The position numbers were made by a program, and so were the translations under genes. 57,267 nt of DNA from Catajapyx aquilonaris (taxonomy: Eukaryota). Each line of letters opens with the position of its first letter. Positions within the stretch are counted from its first letter, which is position 1. Shown piece after piece: positions 37,826 through 50,225 of this stretch. The stretch is from positions 1 to 57,267 of the forward strand of contig JYFJ02002434.1 in assembly GCA_000934665.2 (NCBI GenBank), in the 5' to 3' direction. The notes beneath the pieces were generated by a model. It worked only from the letters and a program-made list of their open reading frames with translations. It ran no database searches and had not been told where the DNA came from.

Positions 37826-39745
37826 TACCCGGCCGTCCATTTACCTCACCTCTCTATTGTATACCAGGGGTTGAGTGTGGAGTAGAATCATCCTTTTTTT
37901 GTTTACGAATTAAATATGTTGTTAAGTGCACTCTTAGCATGTTCTCTTACCTCTGCTGCTTCAATGAGGAGTCATTTTGACCCCCCTCTCTACGTATATT
38001 AACACTGTGACATTAGCAGTGTGAATGTTTTCTCGCAACTTTTTACCTTTTATGTCAATCAAGAATAAAAAAAGAGGAGGGGGAGGGGAAGTGACAGAAT
38101 TATTTTCGGCAGGAGAAGAGGTGAATATTTCATAGTAAAATGTCACGTAAGGTAATGTACGTACTTGCATTTTTTATTGCGGAAGTCTCTCCAGTCTCCA
38201 GTGGCCGGACGCCCACTTATAATTTAGCACGCGGTGTATTTTTATTCGTGACATTTTCCACGAGAGAAGTAGCGCACCATTCACCTTCGCGTTTTTGAAA
38301 ATGGAGTAAATGGTTACTTACGAAAGGAGGTTGCATAATTTAGGGGCTTTAGCCTTTGTTCCTGCCTGTAGCCAACAGTACTACTGTCCATTTCAAAATA
38401 TAGTCACCTCAATTGGGATCAAAATTGTACGAATACTATTGCATTTAAAAAAATATATCATATCCTCCTGGGACCTGGTGTCGACATATGTCGACATCAG
38501 CAAAAGATTTTTTTGGCGCCAACCAGTGATGCCAACAGAACTGTAATAGGCTGGTATCCCATGGTTACAATCTGGCCTCAATAGCTGTAGCCACCTAGCG
38601 TCGAATATCTGGCTTGGGCCGCGAAAATTAAATCGCGGACAAAATGGCGGATTCGGCTGCTGAAGCTTAGGCGCTCATCTGATAAGTTTTATTTTTTTAC
38701 TCATATTTAGAATGCGATTTTCGCAATGCAGTGAATGTCCTGGGATTCGCAAGGAATGTGTCTTAGGAACCGCGAAAAGATGATTCTGTGACAATCTTTG
38801 TTGCTGTAGAGAACTGGTCATTTTCTTTTCTTCCTGAGACAAAATGTCCATTTAAATGGACATCCGAAAAATGGCATTTTTAGCTGAATGGGTGTGACTT
38901 TTCTTTACGTGCCTGTACCTATACACCCATAAGGAAGTGGGCTTTTCACTATGCAGTTCAGTTTTAAAATCTAGAATAGCAAGGTACCACTCTAGCGGGT
39001 AAGAAGGGAAGGAGCAAGCCCCATGCCTGGAGTGGTGGCGTTAAAAAATGATTTCATTTATCTTTAATTGTCTTCTGAGAGGAATTGCTACCACTAATTC
39101 CACAAATGAATTTTAAAAACATTGTTTGGAGGATAGAGCACTATGTGAGTGATCCATTAAGTGGTATTTCAATTTTCAGCTTTCATCCGTTCTGCTTTTG
39201 TAGCACCAATTGGGTCCTAATGTTCCCATTGGTTGTTTGTCGCCATTTTTGTCGATATTTTAAAACTAAATTTTTTTTCTCGTTTCTTATTGGGAACATG
39301 TTCAGAAAATGCAATAGGAACTGACAGTGCGTTAAAAAATGCTTCTCAGGTCTCAGGAGGATATACCGGTATCAAAACAAAGCTTGATACAAGCACCTCT
39401 AACTGGGTAGAAAATTTGTACAATGGGCAGTCATTGTCGAGTGTGAGAGACATGTTTTTTTCGTCTTTTTCCACGGAGCTGAACAATCTCCAGGGTGTTC
39501 TGCAATAAACCAAGGTGCCAGAGGGCCCCAGATAATGGAGGTCCGAGAGGTGATACCCTTCTCGGATATACACATGTGGCCAGTTCGACACTGGCCATGA
39601 GCCCATGACAGTGTCTATTATTTTATGTCCCTTCTTTCACCTGCAGTACATATGACATATGAGTGGACACACGAGACTCGATCCTTGACCACTGACGATA
39701 TTAAGGCACGCTCTTTTTCTAGACACCCAATAAACGGAAAATAAC

Positions 39746-41027
39746 AATGACCCAGATATAAATTTTTTACAGTTTGCGGACAATTTGGTGATTCTGGCGA
39801 GTAACCCACTGGACATAAGAAAAAGTTTAAAAACGTTGACAAAATATTTTGATGAAAATGAACTCACATTTAATGTTGCTAAAACTAAGATGACTGTATT
39901 TAAGAAAGGAGGCATAAATTCGACTAAGGATATATTTTATTGGAAAAATGCAAAAATAGAGATGTCAGTGGATTACAAATATTTGGGGATTCCGTTCGCA
40001 GCTTCGACGCAGACATTAAGAGCCTCGCAATACCTTGCTGTAAATAAAGGAATGGCATCGATTAATGCGTTGTGGCCACTCCTAGTTAGACTAAAGATAA
40101 GGGACATAAGGATAGCCCTCAAACTGTTTGAAGCAAAGATAGTACCGACAGTGTTATACGGTGCTTGTTTTTGGGCACTGGATCGACAGAAGGAAATTGA
40201 AAGGTTCCAGACATATTTCATAAAGAAATTCTTAACACTACCACGAGGAACGGCAGGATATTACCTGAGACTAGAAACAGGGCGTAGGAACTTAATTAAT
40301 TGCTCGAATACGTTTATTATTAAGTTTATGAGAGTGACAATGAATTTACCAGAAGATAGATGGTCAAAAATAGCTTTAAGATGGTCAATGTACGCTAAGC
40401 CTGAACCTAAGTGGGTGGGTTTGGTGAAGGGGGGTGTTCCGCCAGGGCGGATATTCATAGAAAGATTGGATGTTAGAAGGAGATTATACAAATTTTAATT
40501 TGTTGATAAATAATTTTATAATTTCAACATACCAACAAGATTTGGGAGATATGCAGGATTCAACAAAATATCATTATTATCAAGAACTAATTCCAGACTT
40601 CGGAGCGGCACAACACCTCCTTTACTCCCTCCCCCTCACACAGGTCGGATTGATATCAAATCTCCGCAATAATTATGTCAGTGTCATTTTATGTATTAGA
40701 TTATAAATTCAGTTTCCTCCAGGATGAGTTGTGCACGTTATGCAATAGTAATGCTGAATGGACGTTGTACCACTTAATCTATGAGTGTTATTTTTTCAAG
40801 CGATAAGAAACAGATCACTGGACCAGATACCATTGTTGCCTGTGAACAAAGTGCATACCTTGTTTGGACAGATGCCAATTTATGCCATACAGAAACTGTA
40901 TAATTTTTTTGTGGTTGTGGTGCGATACCTGAAATTTGATGATATTGTAATGTAAAATGTACACGAGAGTCACCCTTAAAACACCAGTTGGTGTATATAA
41001 GGGAATAAACATTCATTCATTCAAAAA
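39746..41027 (+). mobile_element. 5'-truncated L2/Crack-like LINE (RT C-terminal half, Zn-knuckle, 3' UTR)
   Basis: FLQFADNLVIL, KTKMTVFKKGG, YKYLGIPF, YLRLETGRR (ORF 39785-40498); CTLCN..YHLIYEC at ~40732-40790; AATAAA-(CATT)3-A tail; exact 17-bp TSD AATAAACGGAAAATAAC at 39729-45 and 41028-44. Confidence 0.95.
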
Positions 41028-42963
41028 AATAAACGGAAAATAACCTTTATCCGTCCCTGTAATTGAAGCCATACTGAATGAGCTCCTTATCATGATGTAT
41101 TGTACAGTACACTACATAATTATTCTGTATGTACAGTACTCTATCGCTCAAAAAGATGGAGACGATTTTGCATTTGGTTTAAATGCGAAATCGTCTCTGT
41201 CTTTTTGAGCGATATAAGGTAAACCTACCAATTTATATACCATCTTAAGGAGAGAAAAATACGGATTTTCGGTTCTGCACATAATACCCAAAGGAAAAAA
41301 AAAATGATGTTACAGACATGTCTGGAGAGTCCATTTCGTGTTTTACTTTCCTTAATGTATACTGAAAACCGCACAAAGTGAGTTTTGCTATCATGTAGCA
41401 TCTTGACCCTTTTGTGACACCTTCAGACCAATATGTGACACCTGGTTTTGTCCATTTGATGACACCTATTTTTTCTATCTGAATTTGTTAATTTTAATTT
41501 TATTGTGAAAACAAGTTGTTTCGGTATGATGGCGGTTCTAGATTTTGTCCGAGTCTGGCTCACTTTATAACTGATAATTTTATGCCGCTTTCTGAAGAGT
41601 ATGTATACATTGCACTCCTTATTATCCGTGCGTCGGCAAAAAGTTAAGTTAGAAATAAAAGTCCAAAAATGTCAATGTCTCGAAAACGCATGAAATACCA
41701 AATCATGACAGCCTAACATCTTATTTAAGACAGAGGGTGTCATTAATAATTATATTAGATCCGATCATCGTAAACGACTGAAAAGGCTATTCATGGAATG
41801 TTCCTTTTAGATCCTTTTCATAATCATGAAAACTATTACAATACGATTGTAAATGTAACAATTCGAATGTAAATAAACACTATTTCTAAGGGTGTCATCA
41901 ATTGGAAAATGACAAATTTCAGTACTCAATTTTTGACACCCACACTAACTCTTTAAATCCATCGGTACTATTACAACAAACATTCACGAGAGGAAAACGA
42001 CATCATCTTCAATTACTAATTGTAACCTTCAAACTGTTTCCCTATTTTAAAATAAACGTGTAAAAAATTTCGAAACGAAATTGGGACTTTTCACACCATA
42101 TTACAATGTGGCTGTGCAGCACTTGACACTCTAATTTATTTCTTGAGAACCAACTCACCACTGACCTTCACCTCATGGCGGATAGCGAACGCTGTAGCGC
42201 CGCCAGCGCCACCGGGCCTAGCGGTGACACACGAATTAAACTACCGTATCCATACAACTAAGGGGGACGTGACAGGGGGCTGGCTCTTCCCACTCAAGTA
42301 CTGGTGTAGCTACGTGTAGCTACTCATTTTCCATACCCATCTTGGTATAGCGCTATCGGAAGCGAAATCGCCTCGAAACTCAGTGGAAATTGTCGAGCAG
42401 AACCTGATCGATGCCTATCGCGATGCCAGTATTCAAAATCGATGCCATAAGTGGAAGTAATCCAGGTGCAGGATCGCAACCGCCGCGTCGCTAGGGTCTA
42501 TGGAGTAGTTTTCCATTGGGGCGACACCAGCGCCTGGGTGGGAAGAGCTAACGGTAGAGCTTTTTCCATTGGGCTGGGTTATATTGTTTAGGCCACAGTG
42601 GGACAAGTTAGCTTGAGCCCTTGAGGATATGTTTACGCCCTTCAGGTAACAGGTAATGTGACGTAATATTGGTCCCCTTACACGAATCAAGTTATCTTTA
42701 GCCACGTGAGGGAAACTGAAAGGCTGTGTGGCATGGAAAACGTGGCGCGTCGGAGGGAACCAAATTGGGGCATTTAAATCGTAATAGGCGAAATTTGAAT
42801 CCTGAAACGGATTTATGGATGTATATCTGAAGAAATATTACATTACAATGCTGAAATTAGCATCATTTGTAGGAAGGAAGGGAAGCACATTTTGTAGCCA
42901 GTACCACTGGAACGGATTCTATTTGATATCTTTTGGATTATAATGGTTAGAAGTCAGGTCCAG

Positions 42964-42989
42964 GATGATGATGATGATGATGATTAGCC

Positions 42990-43040
<51 letters not shown>

Positions 43041-43041
43041 C
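42964..43041. repeat. (GAT)n/(ATT)n microsatellite
   Basis: Direct reading. Confidence 0.95.
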
Positions 43042-43318
43042 TTATTTTTTATTGTATCTCCTCATCATGTGAAGGTAAGGAGGCCTTCTCATTATCCGCT
43101 GGCACCCCAATATTTGGGAAAAGCCGTGATGTATTATTATGTATGATGAATGAATGGATTATTATCTTATACATCGATTATGTAAACGGAGTAATTTTTT
43201 TAAGGAATAATGTATTAAACATTAATGGCACTCATTTGGGCAAGAAAGAGATACGTACGAAATGTAAGTTACGACCTCATGACCGTCTCGACGGATGAAC
43301 TGTTGAATTTCAGTGCAG

Positions 43319-43444
43319 CTCTCTCACTCCTCCCCCGCCCCCCCCCTCTCTCTCTGTCTCTGTCTGTCTCTCTCTCTCTCTCTCTCCCTCCCTCTCTCTC
43401 TCCCTCCCTCTCTCTCTCCCTCCCTCCCTCCCTCCCTCTCCTCC
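43319..43444. repeat. (CT)n/(CCCT)n polypyrimidine tract
   Basis: Direct reading. Confidence 0.95.
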
Positions 43445-44215
43445 ACACTTTGCTGGCTGTTGTGGCTGAAGTAGGCTGGAGTAGCGGAAAAGGAGTGTTT
43501 CAGTCGACAAGGCGAATCTCTCCAATTATGTCCGGAAATCCGGTGGCACGAAGCGCTGCTGGAATATTCGCTGGTGAAATCCAGCACCCCTGTGCGGACA
43601 ACTTTGCTTGTACAATATCCAAACTGTCTGAGCGCAGTAAAGGAGATGAGTCGTGAAAAAGACATGCAGTCGTGTTCATATGCATATGGAACAAGTGTGA
43701 ACAGGGGGAGCCGGGAACACGGTGCACTGAATATTTTACGCGACAGGAGCCCATGTTATGTGGATGGTGCCAGAAAAAATGTTACTTAAGCTAATGTTTA
43801 ATATTTTCTAGCTTCGAGCCTGCCTTTGTTAGAACTACAGTTGCTCTGCAACATTTCACGAGTAGGATTTTTTGCTGCATAGTATAGATCAGGTTGATAG
43901 ATATGTTGAGAAAAACCTTTGTCAATATGCGTTTACCATAAATGCGCTCTTGTGATGCTGAATAGGGTGATGACCAGTGCACTGTGGAACCCATAGCTGC
44001 TGCCTGCTGGTATGCCCGCCTCTAATCTCCGCTTTACCCCCTTCTACCCCAGTGGAAGTGGTAACACATTTTGGCATGATACCGTAGTGCGTGTACTCTC
44101 ATAAAGGGAGGATAAGTTAGGCTAGGTTATGTGGGTACAGCTTCCCTAAAACCATTCATCATCAAGGTTAGGTTATAGGTACTTGTGTTCTCTTTTAGTC
44201 TTGCTTCCTTCTAAT

Positions 44216-44454
44216 CAGGGTCCCCTACATGGTTGCCTCCCCCACCCTAACCAGGGTATTGTCTCCACGTAGTCCTTATGGGGCGTCCATATTGGATCTA
44301 GATTTCATGCTGGAGGATAGGAAATTGGCAAGCGTCAAAATTTTTTTTGCAAGGACATTTTTCACTGCATGCAGAACCAATCTGATTTAGGTCCAATATG
44401 TCGGAGAGACAATACCCTGTCTAGGTGGGGGAGGCACTCATGGAGGTTACCCTG
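44216..44454. mobile_element. hAT-like fold-back MITE
   Basis: CAGGG..TGCCTCCCCCACC..CAGGGTATTGTCTC inverted at 44407-44454; 8-bp TSD CTTCTAA(T/C). Confidence 0.8.
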
Positions 44455-44467
44455 CTTCTAACAGCTC

Positions 44468-45524
44468 AAAGGACATGGGTTAAATCCTTATGGAAAAGTG
44501 CCCCCAGATGGATTTGGCTGAAATTTGGTCAGTTAATAGACCTTGTCCTCAGGGTCAATTGTTCTGAAGGCCGAAGAAAATCTACCGTGCCGTTTGGCCG
44601 CTAGAGGCGCCGAAAGTCGGAATTTCAAAGTTGTCAGATCTTGGTGAGAATTACGCACACTGTAGAGTTCGATGAGCTGAGTCGAATGCGCTATGGAATA
44701 ATTTTCTCTTACAAACCATTTGACCACGATACGGATAAATTAGACTTCAACTTTAAACCAGGGTTCCGTTTGTAAAGATGAGGATTAGCCTCGAGACGGG
44801 GTTTAAACCGCCGTCTAACTCAGACCACCTTCGAGGGTGGTTTAAACTAGGTTCAGACGGCAAATAAAATGAAGTCGGATATGGGCTCGATTACACCCGT
44901 GATCTTCGCCTTCTGCAGCAATTGAAGAGTCGACCGGCTCGCTGTAGCGTTGTGCACCTCCGGATTTTGCATCGACCCTATGTAGGCCTACTATGCTGTA
45001 CTATAAAAATATACACTGCAATACACCTCATAGTGGTCATAGAAGAACCGCCAGGTTGAGGAAACCTATGACATTGATTGAAGTAGCCCACTATAAAATA
45101 TTATCTGTTGGGTTCCATGTTTCATGTGTATGTATTCATCTACTTCCAGAGTACCCAATAAGAACCATTATCTTGCATGTAGCCTGCGATACACTTTTAT
45201 GTCGAGGTTATTATAGACCTAATATTATATTGTCACCTATACAGATATAAAACTAACTATAACTACTATAAAATGGTTTGTCGGAGAAAAATGTCCTGTA
45301 GCGCATTCGACTCAGCTCATCAAACTCTACAGTATGCGTCATTTTCACCAAGATCGGACAACTTTGAAATTCCGACTTTCGGTGCCTCTAGCGGCCAAAC
45401 GGCACGGTAGATTTTCTTCGGCCTTCAGAACAATTGACCCTGAGGACAAGGTCTATTAACTGACCAAATTTCAGCCAAATCCATCTGGGGGCACTTTGCC
45501 ATAAGGATTTAACCCATGTCCTTT
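44468..45524. mobile_element. Long-TIR (~250 bp) non-autonomous DNA element, superfamily uncertain
   Basis: 44468-44721 is a near-perfect inverted repeat of 45271-45524; flanks TCAA/TTAT could be a decayed TTAA. Confidence 0.88.
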
Positions 45525-46351
45525 ATTCCTAACACTTTCTGTGGCCATTTCTAGCGCGTGAAAATTTCAAATTCAGACTTTCCAGGACCGGTTTTTACAA
45601 CAATACATAGACTACACAAAGTGAGTTTCGATTTTTTGTGACATTTATTAGAAACAACTGCCAATAAAAATTATCGATACGCTGAGCAAAATCAATCCTG
45701 GGGAGGATTCTTTTCGTTCGTACGTACGTACGTACGTACATTTACGGCGTCCTGCATGCCGCGTTCTACGATATGCGATCAGGAGTCGGCCGATCTGGAC
45801 TCTGATTGGTGAGCCGCGTACTTATTTTGTAGCATAGAACTCGTGTAAGCTGGATTTTAAGGAGCAACTCACCTCTCGCCCACCTTTCCTCCCTAGTACC
45901 CGAGGGAACTGGCGCGGGCGCCAGCAAGACTCGTGGGCGTACAAGACATTTCTGCCCATACGGATGTCAGCTAAATTATCAAGCACGTTATATACTAAGT
46001 ACTGTATCACGGTCAAAAAGACTATGGAAAATCCTGGATACCTCTGATCCAAAGGGACTATAAAGGACTAGTAGCGGACCCGTTGCCAAATGTGGGTAAC
46101 ACTGCTTGACATGGAAGTAGTACGATAAGCCACTGCCAGTTGGCGCGTAGGCTGCCCCTCTGCACACTACTGCTGATGTAAGGGGGAAAGTAGTACTACA
46201 TGCACGTTGATGATGAGTCACCGCGCGGGCAAAGCCCAACAGGGTGCTATAACCAGCGCGTGTCTCGCCTCCGTTGAAATGGGTCCCACCCTCTCTGGCC
46301 GCTCTGTCCTCTAATTGTTGAACGGGAAAGTGAAAACTATGGTAACTACTA

Positions 46352-46513
46352 CAGTGTTGGAGATTAATCGAGTCATACTGCTAGCGACATTTTCCCAAGC
46401 GGCATAAGAACGAATCTGGCTCGCACGGCTTGCACTATCCATATCTTCGATTCGTTCTTCTGCCCCTTCGGAAGATGTCGCTAGCAGTATGACTCGATTA
46501 ATCTCCAACACTG
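46352..46513. mobile_element. 162-bp fold-back MITE (CAGTG family)
   Basis: TA-CAGTGTTGGAGATTAATCGAGTCATACTGCTAGCGACAT ... perfect inverse-TA. Confidence 0.92.
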
Positions 46514-46584
46514 TACCTAGGGTCTTAGGCGATGAGTGTTGACGGACATATAAAAGGAAATAGAGGATAAGTGTTTTAGGCATA

Positions 46585-46709
46585 CAGGGTGTTCCAAGTA
46601 TTTGGGTCACTTCTTGATAGCTGCTATCGGGCGATATTAGTTATCATGAAGTGACCCAAATACTTAGAATACAGGAAAATAAAAATAAATAAATACTTGG
46701 AACACCCTG
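46585..46709. mobile_element. Miniature Tc1/mariner-type MITE
   Basis: TA-CAGGGTGTTCCAAGTATTT ... AAATACTTGGAACACCCTG-TA. Confidence 0.85.
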
Positions 46710-46808
46710 TATAGATAGTACTGGGGGTGGGTGTTAACACCAACTTTTTTGCACTGCATGTCTAAAACTATGGAGACATAGCTTTCATAGAAAAAAAAAT
46801 CAAAAATA

Positions 46809-47080
46809 CAGAGTGTCCGCAATGAACCTCCCTAGTTTCAACTTGCTATCAGTACGCAAGTTACTGGAAGATGGTGTCGAAATTGTACAAATGGGAAGAG
46901 ACTCTCATCAAGTGTATGTAAAAAAAATCAGTAGCCTTCCACATGTGCTCCTTTAGTAGAAAACACAATTTTAAGCCAAAAACTCCCATCCCGAGGTTCT
47001 CTCCAGCATGTCAGGGGTGATGGAGGACACGTCATTTTTTGAGTGGTTCACTTGAGTTGCATAGACTCTAGTCTTGTAAT
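46809..47080 (-). pseudogene. 3' end of a second rosa/DD41D-like mariner (transposase C-terminus and TIR)
   Basis: Minus translation KTRVY..ITPDMLERT then TKGAHVEGY*; TA-CAGAGTGTCC terminus at 46807. Confidence 0.6.
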
Positions 47081-47360
47081 ATACAGGGAGTAAATGAATG
47101 CAATCCACAAATTTATAGGGGTAATAGAGGGGACCAAGACAAATATATTTTTCATAGGAACCAGTGCCCGGAAACGCCACCTAGAGGGGGTTCACAGACG
47201 AGGAACGGGTGCGCTCAGACGCGTCAGGCGGGAAGCGCTAGGCAAGCGGACTGTGTAGTTGCTAGGTGGCGCGAGGATAGTAAACAACGGGGCAATTCTC
47301 AGTAACCTGCCAACAACAGACCCACCTAGCAACTAAAGCCCGCTTGCTAGATAGTCCAGC

Positions 47361-48058
47361 CCACGGCCTAGATATCTCAGGACTGGCCACTCCCCCTCTT
47401 ATCGCTCTGGGAGGGAAACGGGGAGGTTATGCACTCCGGAACCACAGGCGTCCACAGGGGTCAGACCGAAGAGAAGCACACCGCGTCGATGCCATAAATG
47501 ACTAGTACACTAGTTGAATAGTTCGAAGAGGACGCGCTCAGGGTCCATCAGCTCATTGGCTTAAATTTTTTTTTTTTTTGCATTACCCCATATCTATTGC
47601 GCATATATGGGGGGTGGATTACCACCATCGGAATTATTTTTTTGGAGAGTGTTAAGAAGGATCTTATTATTATTCTCCAAGGTTGTTAGGAGGGGATGTG
47701 CAAAGTGCGTGTGCGCTGTCGAGTAGTGGTCATTTTGTGAACTCCCCCGGGTGGCTTAGTCTATCGGAAATTGCCACCCGAAATGAAGCCAGAGATGGCC
47801 CAACTCTGCACGAAAGAAGGTGGGAACCCCGGGTGGGTATTGAACCCGGGACCTTCACTTCCGTGGGCGCGCGCGTTACCGCGGCGCCACTCCGTCTCCC
47901 TTCTCATTGGCTTAAATAAGACGCGATGTGCTTCTCTTCGATCTGGCCCCAGATCAGCGCGACGCCTGTGGTTCCGGTTCCGGAGTGCATAACCTCCCCG
48001 TTTCCCTCCCAACGCGATAAGAGGGGGAGAGGCCAATCCTTAGATACCTCGTCCGTGG
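47361..48058. mobile_element. Fold-back MITE with CCACGG termini and 6-bp TSD
   Basis: ~125-bp imperfect arms; TCCAGC at 47355-60 and 48059-64. Confidence 0.8.
47567..47902 (-). mobile_element. SINE type B, poly(A) subfamily
   Basis: Exact 15-bp TSD CTCATTGGCTTAAAT at 47552-66 and 47903-17. Confidence 0.93.
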
Positions 48059-48061
48059 TCC

Positions 48062-48490
48062 AGCGCCCCTAACTCCCTATCTAGCCGTATGGGGAAGGTC
48101 GTGCGCTTATAGCCAGTCCCCTATATCCGGATGTGGAGTCCGAATACCCGTATGTGGAGCCCTGTATCAAAACGCATTCGGGCCGACGACTATGAACCTA
48201 AATTTTTGTCAATTCCCATTCAGCCTTCGGCCACAGATCCAACTATCAGAGTATCAGACACCCGAATGCGATTTGGACCGGTCCAAAACGCATTCGGGTG
48301 GCTGGTGCTGTGGATATGCAAACAAGGGCTGAATGGGAATTGACAATAATTTAGGTGGCTTCAGAACGGTTCTTAAGTCGTCGGGCCGAATGCGTTTTGA
48401 TACAGGGCTTCACATGCGGGTATTCGGACTCCACATCCGGGGATAGGGGACCAGCTAGGCGCACACGAAAAGAGAGGGAGTTGCGGGGGG
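48062..48490. mobile_element. Fold-back element (family also at 350-500)
   Basis: GTGCGC..CCGGATGTGGAGTCCGAATACCCG..GCCCTGTATCAAAACGCATTCGG..TTGTCAATTCCCATTCAGCC inverted at ~48327-48463. Confidence 0.85.
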
Positions 48491-48765
48491 ACCTGAGGTA
48501 TAGCCTATGGATAGTAAACAGCGGCTTTGTTGTTGCCATGTTATTGCGAATTGTACCGTTGTTTACTATTTGCGAGCGACCTGGCAACTAAACGGTCCGC
48601 TTGCCTAGCGCCTCCCGCATGCGTGAAGCGTCTGAGCGCACCCGTTCCTCGTCTATTGACCTCCTCTAGATGGCGTTTCCGGACACGGGTTCCTATGTGA
48701 AAAATACTGGTCTTGCTCCCCTCTATTACCCCTACAAGTGTGTCCCGAATTACAGGTTACACCTG

Positions 48766-48848
48766 TATGTATAGGAAGTGTATTTCATTCTTACATTCCC
48801 CCACATCTACCACACAACACACCCGGGCAACGCCGGGTTACCTGCTAG
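48766..48848 (+). mobile_element. Helitron-like 3' terminus
   Basis: ACCCGG-GCAACG-CCGGGT hairpin, 6 nt, CTAG followed by T; homologous to 15441/15639. Confidence 0.7.
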
Positions 48849-49924
48849 TTTTACCTAAATATGACTTAACATATTTTGTTCAGAGTCAAGAGTACCATAA
48901 TTTGAAAGGTTCGAAAATTTAAATTAACACCCCCTCCCCCCCCCCACCTCTCCAATAGTAGACGTTAATTTTGACGTACTTGACTTCCTCTACTTCCTGA
49001 AATTACGTTCGACCAGAGGCATCACAGGCTTTCCAGTGCAGTGGTTGGATGAATTATTGTGCTACTTTTTGTGGCAGCGATAGGACCTTACTACGGGGCA
49101 TATGGTAAATTGATATGTAGGAGAAATTAACTCATGTGGAAAATATTATCTTATTAAGTTGAAAATGGTATATGCTGAAATTGTTTCCTATTGTTAAAAA
49201 TAAAAAAATAAAAATTTTGGCCAAAGTTTTCTCAAATTTATTTTTGTATATAGGCCTACTTTTGATAATGTGGTTGCTTGCATTGTTTCATTGTTTGTAT
49301 TGTTACATATTGTGAAGTGCGTTTGATGACAATGTGTTCTCTTTTTCAGGTAAGAAAATAATGAGATCAGAGGTCGAGGCATCATTCTGCATGACGTTAG
49401 GCCCTACTGGTGAGGAATGAAATTTCGTTTATTTCTTCTTTTCACCAGCAACATGTGCACCGAACTTAGTTGGGAGTTTTAGAGCAACGCACTCGGAGAA
49501 GACATACTGTAGTGTGTAACTTGTGTCGCGGAAGGGAAGAATATTATCAATAGTTGAATCCATCAACCAGTTTAAACATATGAAACTAACAGTCATGGCC
49601 TCATTCGTTTTCCTAGATTGCTGCTGCCTTTCCAATGCTTTCTGGAGTATACAACCCATAACTTCACCTACCATCCCACTTGAACTTTGCACATGGTGGA
49701 ACATTTCTGAGAGAGGGGAGAAGGGGATATGAATTAATGGAAAACTGTCTTCTTTTGTACGTGCGCATCGAGACATTGATGGGCTTGTGACTCTTTCATC
49801 AGCGGTACAAATACGTATAAACTCAGCTTGGGATAAACCATTTCCCCCCTTAAGCCCGTTGCATCTAAAAATCAGGAAAATTAAGCAATTCGGGCACACG
49901 GGACTGGCTTGAGTATTTTTCTAC

Positions 49925-50225
49925 TGCACATAAGTCCTCATTATTTTTATTGTTTGGGTACTTTAAAAAACTGCGTATACAAGAATAACTTTCTTTATGT
50001 AGCCGTCATGTGTGTCTATGTACTGTACGTACACGTATGTATAGTATTAGATAATGTTAAGCCATCTAAACAACAAAAAAGTTGGATTATAAACTACTTC
50101 CTTATAGGATTCCGCCCCATGAGTGGCTATTGGATTACCGTAGTAGTTAACGATTTTGATCTGCATCAAAGGTGGATTGGCATATCCTCGCAACCTAATT
50201 CTCCTGATTCGATACATTTCTTGCC
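49925..50225 (+). pseudogene. Possible highly decayed mariner-like transposase fragments
   Basis: SPHYFYCLGTLKNCVYKNN resembles the P.DFFLWG.LK..VY motif and QRWIG..PNSPD resembles RWIG..WPPRSPD, but the order is reversed. Confidence 0.3.

Larger units (their letters stand above)
47084..48765. mobile_element. Tc1/mariner-type MITE (23062 family) expanded by nested insertions
   Basis: Arms GGGGTAATAGAGGGGA..CATAGGAACC..GGTGCGCTCAGACGC at 47118-47290, inverted at ~48555-48733; TA on both sides. Confidence 0.85.
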
